Below, piece after piece: positions 37,661-45,863 of a stretch of 59,561 nt of DNA. The stretch spans positions 1-59,561 of the forward strand of contig CAYLQQ010000007.1 of assembly GCA_964386355.1 (NCBI GenBank). The letters are read 5' to 3'. Each line of letters starts with the position of its first letter. Within the stretch, counting starts at the first letter, position 1. The position numbers were made by a program, and so were the translations under genes. This DNA comes from an uncultured Pseudomonadales bacterium (GTDB taxonomy: Bacteria > Patescibacteriota > Microgenomatia > UBA1400 > UBA1449). The notes beneath the pieces are model-generated. The model did not search any database, was not told where the DNA came from, and saw only the letters and a list, made by a program, of their open reading frames with translations.

Positions 37661-39745
37661 TTATTTGGTGATCGACCTTACTAAAGTTGCGAGTACCGAC
37701 TGCGAGCTGACTTCAACATTATCAATAATTTGCTGAGCATAACTAATACTCATAGCTTTTTGCCTCTCTAAATCACCTAAGATATCATCCAAAAGTTCAC
37801 CAATTCTATGTTGCTCATCATATTCAGGGGCTGGGAATTGGAGTTTTCTAATATGTCGATCGTTTAAAGCTGGATAGTGTGCGCCTCGCATTAACAAGTG
37901 ATATTGGTTGATAAGCTGTGGTGAAATAAGCATATAGTAGAGAAACTTAGGATCTGCTTGGTTATCGCTTCTTAGCACCGCAAATCCTGTTGAGCAAATT
38001 TGGTTATCAAATGCCTCTGTTACGACAGCGTGCCCGCACAGGTATGGTCTAACTGTGGATAGAACTACATCCCCTTCACGAATAACACGTCTTGCTCGAG
38101 ATGGAGCTTCAGAACCTAGTATTAATTTTACATTTTCGAATGTATTTAAACTAACCGAAGAAATATCAACATACTGAAATTCTGTTTTAGATGATTCTTT
38201 AGCAGGATTTCTATTTTCAGGATTTATCTTCACTCCCATTTCTTCCAAAGTTTTAAGAGGGTATCGATCTAACTTACTAAGTATTGGCGAAATCAAACGA
38301 ATTGACTTAGCTAACCCATCAACACTTGAATCTAATCTATCGCACGAACGATTAAGCTCCTCAGATAACTGGTTAATATCCCTAATCACAACTCCGCCAG
38401 TTTTTTTCGGGTGATGTAAATCTAAATTAAATTTGTCTTCTCCGACTGCTTCCCTGGTTACCTTCCAAGCATATTCGTTTTCAACTCTTTCCCCCCACCA
38501 AGAATTTAATGGTTCAAACTCTTCATATAAGAGGGGTTTTGATTTTATATAGCAAGGATTCTTTAGTTTCTGTCTGTCAGGAGGTAGTGGGTGGTCATAA
38601 TACCAAATATGTTTAGTCTTATTCTGTTTTTCAATAAATACTAATGACGTTTCTTGATCTGTATAAGGAGAAAACACTCCCTTTGGTAGTTTAATGATTG
38701 AATGCAAGTTAAAGTCATCTAAAAGCGCCTGTTTTATTTTTTGAGCAACACCTTCTCCAAACAAAAACCCTGGAGGTAACACTATTCCACATCTCCCTCC
38801 ATTTTTTAATAACCTCATAATATATTGCATAAAAAGCAATGTTGTTTCGGCTGTCCTCATACTCATCGGGAAATTGTCCTGGATGCCTTTTTCTTCCTCA
38901 CCACCAAATGGAGGGTTAGTTAGGATTACGTCAAACTTGTCCTTTTCGGTAATTTCCTTGAGTGGAGTGGTTAGCGTGTTTCGACGCTGAATGTTGGGAG
39001 TCTCGATACCATGAAGCATCAAATTCATTGTGCCAAGAAGATACGGCATTGGCTTTTTCTCAATACCAAAGAAGGTTTTGTATTGAAGCTGGTCATAATC
39101 CTCGGCTGTCTTGGCTTGCTGCTTCATATACTCATATGCTTCCACCAAGAAACCACCAGTGCCACAGGCCGGGTCCAAAACCTTCTCTCCTAACTTTGGT
39201 TTAATATGCTCCACGATGAACCGCACCACTGGCCTGGGGGTGTAAAACTCACCACTCGAACCGGCAGCGTCTCGCATCTCCTTGAGCATACTTTCATAAA
39301 GATGGGAGAGGGTAAAAATGTCGTCTTTGGATTGAAAGTCAATTTCATCGATAAGATTGATTATTTCTCGAAACAGGTAGCCCGACAGCATTCGATTGTA
39401 GGTCTCGGCAAAAAGCGAGGCAAGAACGTCTCTAGGATCATTCTCTTTAGTTCCCTTCAACTCTCTTAGGTAAGGTATCAACTTATCGTTTACATACTTG
39501 ATCAAGTCATCACCAGTGATTCCCTCGTCGTTACTTGCCCAATCTCGCCAGCGGTGTGGCTTTTCGATTACTGATCGATGACCGGAAATCAGGGCTTCAT
39601 TGCGCTTCTCTAGATCGTCAAAAAACTTAAGAAACAACATCCACGAGAGCTGGGGTGTGCGATCGACATCCGTCGACAACCCCGCGTCCTTGCGCATTAT
39701 GTTTCTGGCTCGTTTAATGATGCTGGTTAGTTGTTGTTTTTTCAT
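37661..39745 (-). CDS. hsdM: type I R-M N6-adenine methyltransferase fused to a single-TRD specificity (HsdS-half) domain
   Basis: HsdM_N (PQLSWMLFLKFFDD). Motif I DPACGTGGFL. Motif IV NPPFGG. C-terminal ~200 aa has an HsdS target-recognition pattern (FQYVDISSV...GDVVLSTVRPYL...STGFAVLR...FLYYML) plus one conserved helix. Confidence 0.85.
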   Translation of the reverse strand: MKKQQLTSIIKRARNIMRKDAGLSTDVDRTPQLSWMLFLKFFDDLEKRNEALISGHRSVIEKPHRWRDWASNDEGITGDDLIKYVNDKLIPYLRELKGTKENDPRDVLASLFAETYNRMLSGYLFREIINLIDEIDFQSKDDIFTLSHLYESMLKEMRDAAGSSGEFYTPRPVVRFIVEHIKPKLGEKVLDPACGTGGFLVEAYEYMKQQAKTAEDYDQLQYKTFFGIEKKPMPYLLGTMNLMLHGIETPNIQRRNTLTTPLKEITEKDKFDVILTNPPFGGEEEKGIQDNFPMSMRTAETTLLFMQYIMRLLKNGGRCGIVLPPGFLFGEGVAQKIKQALLDDFNLHSIIKLPKGVFSPYTDQETSLVFIEKQNKTKHIWYYDHPLPPDRQKLKNPCYIKSKPLLYEEFEPLNSWWGERVENEYAWKVTREAVGEDKFNLDLHHPKKTGGVVIRDINQLSEELNRSCDRLDSSVDGLAKSIRLISPILSKLDRYPLKTLEEMGVKINPENRNPAKESSKTEFQYVDISSVSLNTFENVKLILGSEAPSRARRVIREGDVVLSTVRPYLCGHAVVTEAFDNQICSTGFAVLRSDNQADPKFLYYMLISPQLINQYHLLMRGAHYPALNDRHIRKLQFPAPEYDEQHRIGELLDDILGDLERQKAMSISYAQQIIDNVEVSSQSVLATLVRSITK

Positions 39746-39748
39746 AGG

Positions 39749-41449
39749 CTAAAACGGAATATCATCCTCCTCTGATTCTGTTTCTAAATTTGGTTCAGAA
39801 CTGCTAGATGAAGAAGTCAGTCCGAATAACTCAATGACCCTACTAATAAAAGCTGGCATTTGGGACAAGCCAATATCTTTGGCGTAATCACGTGCCTCTT
39901 TTATTTCACGCCACTTGTTTTTTTTGTGAGACTGTAAACCACACGCATCCTGAAAATTATTCTCTAGTGCAATTACATTTTCACCAAACGTATTCAAACT
40001 ACTGTTAATGACGTCATTCTGTGAATCCTGCTGTTTTAGCGCTGCTAATTTAAGAGTATTGGGAGGAGTTTTGCTTTCTTCGATAGCAACTCTTTCCTTC
40101 ACGTCTTCGTCAGTATCGTATAAGGCAACCCACTTAATTTGACAAACTTCACAAACTCTTATTAGGAAGTTGAGTTTTGTCTTCCCTTCAGCTGAAATTA
40201 CCACGATGTTTAATTCTTCGGGTTTGAATCCCAACCTCTCGAGCATCGTTGGTATTGAATGTTTTTCGGTATCACCCTCAACAAGAACAACATAGTCGGC
40301 AAAAAATATCTCGTTTCGTTCTTGATTAAATTCAGTGAGAAGTTTTATTTCGTCTTTTTCGTCACTCGTAAGACTGCCATTCTTTTTCTTTTCGTCTGTT
40401 GAAGGTGATTTTCGAATAATTCTTATATCTTCGGCGCTTGATGAATCCACAAAATTTGGAGAGTGTGTTGTGTAAAAAATTTGAGTTCCTACACCACCAT
40501 CAGTGGGGTACGCAATTTCTCTAAATTCCCTAAACAGTTGCCTTTGGGCTTGTGGGTACAAAAATATTTCCGGCTCCTCGATGGCCATAATTGCAGAGGA
40601 TTTCATTAGCTTGCCATAAGTTAAAAATAGCGAAAGCAAAACAAGATTTTGCACACCAGAACCCAATTCCTCGACGTTAAAGTTACCTAAAGTTTCGGAT
40701 CCAATTATTTGAATAGTTTTGTAGTAAAACAAAGGATCGTACACTTCCAAATCAAGTTCAAAATGTTCGGCTAAACCCTTTGAGTATTGTTTACAGATAG
40801 CCGTAAACAAGTTCTTAAACTTGGCATAATCCAATCTATCGTGAAACTCTGATTCTAAAATTGCTCTTGGCTGGCGCATTGCCTCCTTAAAAACCATTTC
40901 CAAGGGTTGGCCATTGTCGTCTGATGCACGCCTGAAGTTTTCATCAATTTTTTTCAAAATCTTACCTAATAATGTCCAATTACTTACGGATAATTGTTTA
41001 TCGAGGCTTCGTTCTGATGGTAAATATATGAAGTTGATTTGGTCCCTAGCTTCACTAGACGCCCAAAACTTCCTTCCATCATTGGTATAAGCGAAAAAAC
41101 TGTGTGCACCGAAATTGACTTCAGGATTTCTTGTGTGGGTGAGCTGCAGAGAAATTGGCTGCACAGCTTCTTTTAGTCGAGAGTCACAAGATGTTAGCCG
41201 ACAACTCCCTAAAGGCTGATCGAACCAAATTTGAACAGATATTGTCTTGTTGGGGTCTCTTTGATAGAAGTCGTCCTTTGTAAAAGCCCTTTCGGTTGGG
41301 TAAGTTTCACCTAAAACAATATCCAACGCCTTCAATATGTTTGTTTTTCCAGAGCTATTTGGACCTACTAAGCCACTTAACTTGGCAACGTCGTCAAGTT
41401 CAAGATGTTCTATCGATCTAAAATTTTCAATTATTATTTTGTTAATCAT
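39749..41449 (-). CDS. OLD-family ABC-ATPase / Toprim nuclease with SSB-like acidic C-terminal tail
   Basis: Walker A GPNSSGKT. Signature-like LGSGVQN. Walker B IMAIEEPE. TTHSP. Toprim VVLVEGDTE and ALYDTDED. The C-terminus is SSSSSSSEPNLETESEEDDIPF. Confidence 0.8.
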   Translation of the reverse strand: MINKIIIENFRSIEHLELDDVAKLSGLVGPNSSGKTNILKALDIVLGETYPTERAFTKDDFYQRDPNKTISVQIWFDQPLGSCRLTSCDSRLKEAVQPISLQLTHTRNPEVNFGAHSFFAYTNDGRKFWASSEARDQINFIYLPSERSLDKQLSVSNWTLLGKILKKIDENFRRASDDNGQPLEMVFKEAMRQPRAILESEFHDRLDYAKFKNLFTAICKQYSKGLAEHFELDLEVYDPLFYYKTIQIIGSETLGNFNVEELGSGVQNLVLLSLFLTYGKLMKSSAIMAIEEPEIFLYPQAQRQLFREFREIAYPTDGGVGTQIFYTTHSPNFVDSSSAEDIRIIRKSPSTDEKKKNGSLTSDEKDEIKLLTEFNQERNEIFFADYVVLVEGDTEKHSIPTMLERLGFKPEELNIVVISAEGKTKLNFLIRVCEVCQIKWVALYDTDEDVKERVAIEESKTPPNTLKLAALKQQDSQNDVINSSLNTFGENVIALENNFQDACGLQSHKKNKWREIKEARDYAKDIGLSQMPAFISRVIELFGLTSSSSSSEPNLETESEEDDIPF

Positions 41450-41450
41450 A

Positions 41451-43856
41451 TTAGTTGGTGTACAAATATTCCTGCATCTGGTTAGCAGCTTCTAAATACT
41501 GGTCTCGGCCGCCAAAATAGTTGATGATGTCCACTGGTGTACCGTATTGATTGAGTGGCTCCACGTTGAGAATCCGAATCACTGGTGGAATCTGATCCTC
41601 TTCTTTGGCAACGGGTGACAACTCCTCGATGCCGTGTTCGGCGTACTTCTCCAGCAAAATCTCAATTACTTTGCGAGCCTCGGGACTGTATTTATCCAAA
41701 AACGACTGTTTAAACATCCTCAACTCTTTTACTCGCTCGCGCCTGGATTTGATGGCTCCGTTGAAAGCTATGTGGACTAACAAATCTAGAGGATCGGCTT
41801 CGGGGTTATCCGTTGTTTCCATCAGTAATTCAAGCGAAACACCCCGCTTCATCAATTCCTCAACCAATTCCCACCTCTTCTTAGTGTCAAGCCAGTTTTT
41901 GCGAAGCTGGTAAGCATCGTTAAACAGTTGTCTAATTACAACCTTGGTGTAGTCGGTCAATTTGGTCAGCTCTAGTCGCTTGCCATCGGCTCCCAACTGA
42001 TACTCGACCTCGTGAACAATAGAGGCGGGAATTTCATCAACGTAGTACTTTCGTGGCGCTCGATATTCTTCATCGTCACCATCTCTTACCATCATCGGTT
42101 GCTCTTGTTGCTCCTGCTCCTCGATGGCTTGTTCTTCTTCTGGAGTCGGTTCGGTTTCGAATGTCTCCGATTTAGTAACGTCACCTTCCTCATTGATCTC
42201 TTCCTCACTTAACAACTCCGGGTCACCATCAAACTCAGGATCAGCGAATAGCCTGGTGGCCCCTGTGTAGTCAAGAATAGTGAACCAAAGTTTGTCTTTG
42301 TCAGTGAAAAGCCGTGTCCCACGTCCGATGATTTGCTTAAAGTCAGTCATCGAATTGATTGGTTTAAACAACACAATATTTCGACAAGTTGGCGCATCCA
42401 CGCCAGTAGTTAACATTTGAGAAGTGGTCAAGATGATTGGTGATTTAGCTGGGGTATCACGTTCGGGGTCTTGGAAGTCGTCCAAATATTGCCTGCCAAT
42501 ATCTCCCTCATCCGACACTACCCGAACACAGTAGTTGGGATAATCCTTGGTGAAATCAGTGCTGAGGTTATTGATAGCCTTACGCATCTCATCTGCGTGT
42601 TCTTGATCCACACAAAAAACGATGGTCTTAGCCAATGGATCAGTCTTATTGAGGTAATCGACTAAATGTTTAGCTACGGCTTGGGTCCTGCTCTTGATCG
42701 ACAAAATTCGCTCAAAGTCCTTGGTGGTATATTCCTGATCAGGGATTTCATTACCGTAGCGATCCACCATTCCAGTTTCTGGCCGAAAACCAGTAGCATC
42801 CACATCGGTTACCACTCTTCTAACTTGGTAGGGAGCCAAAAATCCATCGTCTATACCATCTCTTAGTCTGTAGGAGTAGATAGGGTTGCCAAAGTAGTTG
42901 TAGGTGTCCACATTGTCTTTGCGTTTTGGCGTGGCGGTTAAACCAATCTGGGTGGCGTTACTAAAATACTCCAAAATCTCCCGCCACCGGCTTTCATCCT
43001 TGGCACTACCTCGATGACACTCATCAACTACAATCAAATCAAAAAAATCGGGTGAATATTGTTTGTAAAGTGGCGGTCTAGTGGAATCACCACAAATTGC
43101 CTGATAAATGGCAAAGTAAACCTCGCGTGCTTTGTTGGCTTCTCCTTGAATCTTCCAAATCGCATCACCCATTGGATAGAAGGTTTTGTCCTTGGCTTGA
43201 TCAACCAACACATTCCGATCGGCCAAAAATAGAATTCTTTGTTTGCGTTTTGTCTTCCACAACTTCCAGATGATCTGGAAGGCTACGTATGTTTTGCCTG
43301 TACCAGTGGCCATCGTGATTAAGATCCGCTTCTTACCACTGAGGGCGGCGGCCGTCGCACGATTGATGGCGATTTCCTGATAATACCTTGGTTTCTTACC
43401 ACCAATATCTCGGAAACTAGGGAAAAGGAAATCTTGCTCAACCTCAGGCGATATCTGTTCTGCATCACGAGTTCGTTGCCACAACTCTTGAGGAGAAGGA
43501 AAATTGTCACGACTTAATTGTTGACCGTTAGTAAAGTCAAACTCCTCGATGCCTTTACCATTAGTGGAGTAAGCAAAGTGAAGACCAAGAATCTGAGCAT
43601 ATTCTTTTGCTTGCTGCATTCCGTCACCTGGATTCCTATAGTCTGCCTTAGCCTCAACTACACCTAGAGCAATATCTCGGTTGAGTCGCAACAGATAGTC
43701 AGCCTTTTTGCCTTTTTTGCGAAAATGCTTTTGTCCCACCACCACAATTCGACCATCAGTAAAGTAGTGTTGTTCGTTTATTTGGTCATCATTCCAACCA
43801 GAATCATACAACTTAGGGAGAATATATTTACGACATGTATCTGCTTCGTTTGCCAT
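41451..43856 (-). CDS. hsdR: type I restriction enzyme R subunit
   Basis: N-terminal PD-(D/E)xK (ADYLL...GVVEAKA). SF2 helicase motifs MATGTGKT, VVDECHR, GLTATP and QIIGRGTR. Confidence 0.9.
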   Translation of the reverse strand: MANEADTCRKYILPKLYDSGWNDDQINEQHYFTDGRIVVVGQKHFRKKGKKADYLLRLNRDIALGVVEAKADYRNPGDGMQQAKEYAQILGLHFAYSTNGKGIEEFDFTNGQQLSRDNFPSPQELWQRTRDAEQISPEVEQDFLFPSFRDIGGKKPRYYQEIAINRATAAALSGKKRILITMATGTGKTYVAFQIIWKLWKTKRKQRILFLADRNVLVDQAKDKTFYPMGDAIWKIQGEANKAREVYFAIYQAICGDSTRPPLYKQYSPDFFDLIVVDECHRGSAKDESRWREILEYFSNATQIGLTATPKRKDNVDTYNYFGNPIYSYRLRDGIDDGFLAPYQVRRVVTDVDATGFRPETGMVDRYGNEIPDQEYTTKDFERILSIKSRTQAVAKHLVDYLNKTDPLAKTIVFCVDQEHADEMRKAINNLSTDFTKDYPNYCVRVVSDEGDIGRQYLDDFQDPERDTPAKSPIILTTSQMLTTGVDAPTCRNIVLFKPINSMTDFKQIIGRGTRLFTDKDKLWFTILDYTGATRLFADPEFDGDPELLSEEEINEEGDVTKSETFETEPTPEEEQAIEEQEQQEQPMMVRDGDDEEYRAPRKYYVDEIPASIVHEVEYQLGADGKRLELTKLTDYTKVVIRQLFNDAYQLRKNWLDTKKRWELVEELMKRGVSLELLMETTDNPEADPLDLLVHIAFNGAIKSRRERVKELRMFKQSFLDKYSPEARKVIEILLEKYAEHGIEELSPVAKEEDQIPPVIRILNVEPLNQYGTPVDIINYFGGRDQYLEAANQMQEYLYTN

Positions 43857-43936
43857 AGATCAAATTTTTCTTAATTACTCAGACATTATTTTACCACCAG
43901 ACTAAATACTTAGTCATGCTTAGATTTAAGTTTTTG

Positions 43937-43966
43937 TTGACAATAATATCGCGGATATGCTAAATA
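43937..43966 (+). promoter_or_regulatory. putative promoter for the ParB-methylase/terminase operon
   Basis: TTGACA (43937-43942), 17-18 nt, then CTAAAT/TAAATA. It is followed by a ~130-nt leader with a 9-bp hairpin (43981-44010) and a strong RBS AAGGAGG before the 44101 ATG. Confidence 0.3.
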
Positions 43967-44100
43967 TTATATAAAGATATTTGTCCTTCAAATTCATGAC
44001 CGAAGGACAACTCGCATAGAAGGCGGGTGTTAGAGAACTATTACAAAAATATTTCTCTGGCATCCGCTTTTTTGGTTGTCAGATCATAAGGAGGTCGCTT

Positions 44101-45432
44101 ATGACAGCACCCAACAATAATTTAAAAGTCGAGTATGTTCCTATCGAACAACTCAATCCAGCCATATATAACCCACGTAAATGGTCTGATGAGAAGACTA
44201 AACAATTGAAGGAAAGTATTAAAAAGTATGGTTTGGTAGATCCATGCGTAGTTAATCAGTCAACTGGAAGAGAGAATATTGTAATTGGCGGACATTTCCG
44301 GTTAAAAGTTGCCAAAGAGCTAGGTTATAAAACTGTCCCCGTTGTTTATCTCAATATTCCCGACATTGACACTGAGAAAGAGCTAAATATCCGGCTCAAT
44401 AAAAATCTAGGCGAATGGGACTGGGAGTTATTAACTAATTTCTCTGAAAAATTGTTAGATAATATCGGCTTCACCAGTCAGGAACTCGATAATATTTTTG
44501 ACATTGATACCGATAATCCCGAACAGTTCGACCTGCAAAAAGAACTAGAGAAACTTGATATTCACCAGGTCACCATGAAGAAGGGTGAAGTATACAAGCT
44601 TGGTGAGAGCAGGCTTATGATTGGGGATTCGACCATTAAAGATGATTTTTTGAAGCTGATGAATGGTGAAAAGGCGGATATGTGCTTAACGGATGAGCCA
44701 TATCTCCTTGATTACACTAACGCAAAGCGTCACGGAAAGCCTACAACCGGATTCGGAGCCAAGCGTAATCGCAGATATCTTGAGACTGAAACTCTGCCAC
44801 CCAACTTTATTTCACTTTGGATGGCTAACGTGGCAAAAACCGCCAAGCCCGATTTTAGTATTATCTCCTATGAGAACTGGAAAAACGTTAGAGCCATGTG
44901 GAATGAAATGGAAAAATACTGGAAAGTCCGCAATATGCTGATTTGGCGGTTACCAAACCGGCACCAGGGATTTTCAGCCAAGTATAGGTTCTTCTCAAAA
45001 TATGATATTGCAATGATAGGCACGGGAGGAAAAAGAGAACTAAATACGGCTGCTGAAGAAGAACTTCTGCAAAATGAATATGAAACGGCTTTATTTGCAA
45101 CTTCTGGCAAGCCTCATTGGGAAAGTTATCAGAAGGGCAAGAAAAACCAACCCACTGACTTTATTGAGTTCAATGCTTCCGACGAAAAACACTCCGGACA
45201 AGGGGTAATCTTTGGCACCAAGCCGATTGAGATTCTAATCCCGTACATCAAAGTTCTCACCAAACGGGGTGATCTGATTATTGAACCCTTTGGCGGTTCG
45301 GGTAGCACATTGATTGCTGCCGAGAAAATGAAACGACGCTGTTATGTGATGGAAAAAAGCCCGGTCTATGCCGAGGTAATTCGCAAACGCTGGGAAAGAT
45401 TAACCGGACAGAAAACAGAAAGGATCATATGA
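44101..45432 (+). CDS. ParB-like nuclease domain fused to DNA (N4/N6) methyltransferase
   Basis: ParB box YVPIEQLNPAIYNPRKWSDEKTKQLKESIKKYGLVDPCVVN...GGHFR. Methylase motif IV-like TDEPY. Motif I IIEPFGGSGSTLIAAEKM. Confidence 0.85.
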   Translation: MTAPNNNLKVEYVPIEQLNPAIYNPRKWSDEKTKQLKESIKKYGLVDPCVVNQSTGRENIVIGGHFRLKVAKELGYKTVPVVYLNIPDIDTEKELNIRLNKNLGEWDWELLTNFSEKLLDNIGFTSQELDNIFDIDTDNPEQFDLQKELEKLDIHQVTMKKGEVYKLGESRLMIGDSTIKDDFLKLMNGEKADMCLTDEPYLLDYTNAKRHGKPTTGFGAKRNRRYLETETLPPNFISLWMANVAKTAKPDFSIISYENWKNVRAMWNEMEKYWKVRNMLIWRLPNRHQGFSAKYRFFSKYDIAMIGTGGKRELNTAAEEELLQNEYETALFATSGKPHWESYQKGKKNQPTDFIEFNASDEKHSGQGVIFGTKPIEILIPYIKVLTKRGDLIIEPFGGSGSTLIAAEKMKRRCYVMEKSPVYAEVIRKRWERLTGQKTERII

Positions 45433-45863
45433 GCACCAAAACTATTGCTAAACGAATCCAGAAACAACAGGAACAATTCCTAGAACAGTGCCGGAAGCTA
45501 CCCATTATTCAGGTAGTCTGCGAAAGATCCGGTATCAGTCGGGCAACTTATTACAGATGGCGCAAAGAGTTCCCAGATTTTTCTAAGGAAGCTGATCAAG
45601 CCATTCAGGAAGGCAAATTACTGGTTAACGATATGGCGGAGTCACAACTGCTAAACGCTATCAAAGACCACAATATGACTGGAATCATTTTTTGGCTGAA
45701 ACACCACCACCGTGATTACGCCACCAAGGTTGAAATATCCACCGCCCCCAAAGACAAAGAGAATTTAACCAAAGAGCAAGAAGATTTAGTTAAAAAATCT
45801 TTGGTGATGGCCGGACTTATCGGAGAAAGGAGGCAGGATGAAGCCGATAGAGCCAATGAATGA
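45429..45863 (+). CDS. HTH protein, terminase small subunit-like
   Basis: ERSGISRATYYRWRKEFPDF HTH. ATGA overlap with the methylase gene and a 26-nt overlap with the terminase large subunit gene. Confidence 0.5.
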   Translation: MSTKTIAKRIQKQQEQFLEQCRKLPIIQVVCERSGISRATYYRWRKEFPDFSKEADQAIQEGKLLVNDMAESQLLNAIKDHNMTGIIFWLKHHHRDYATKVEISTAPKDKENLTKEQEDLVKKSLVMAGLIGERRQDEADRANE

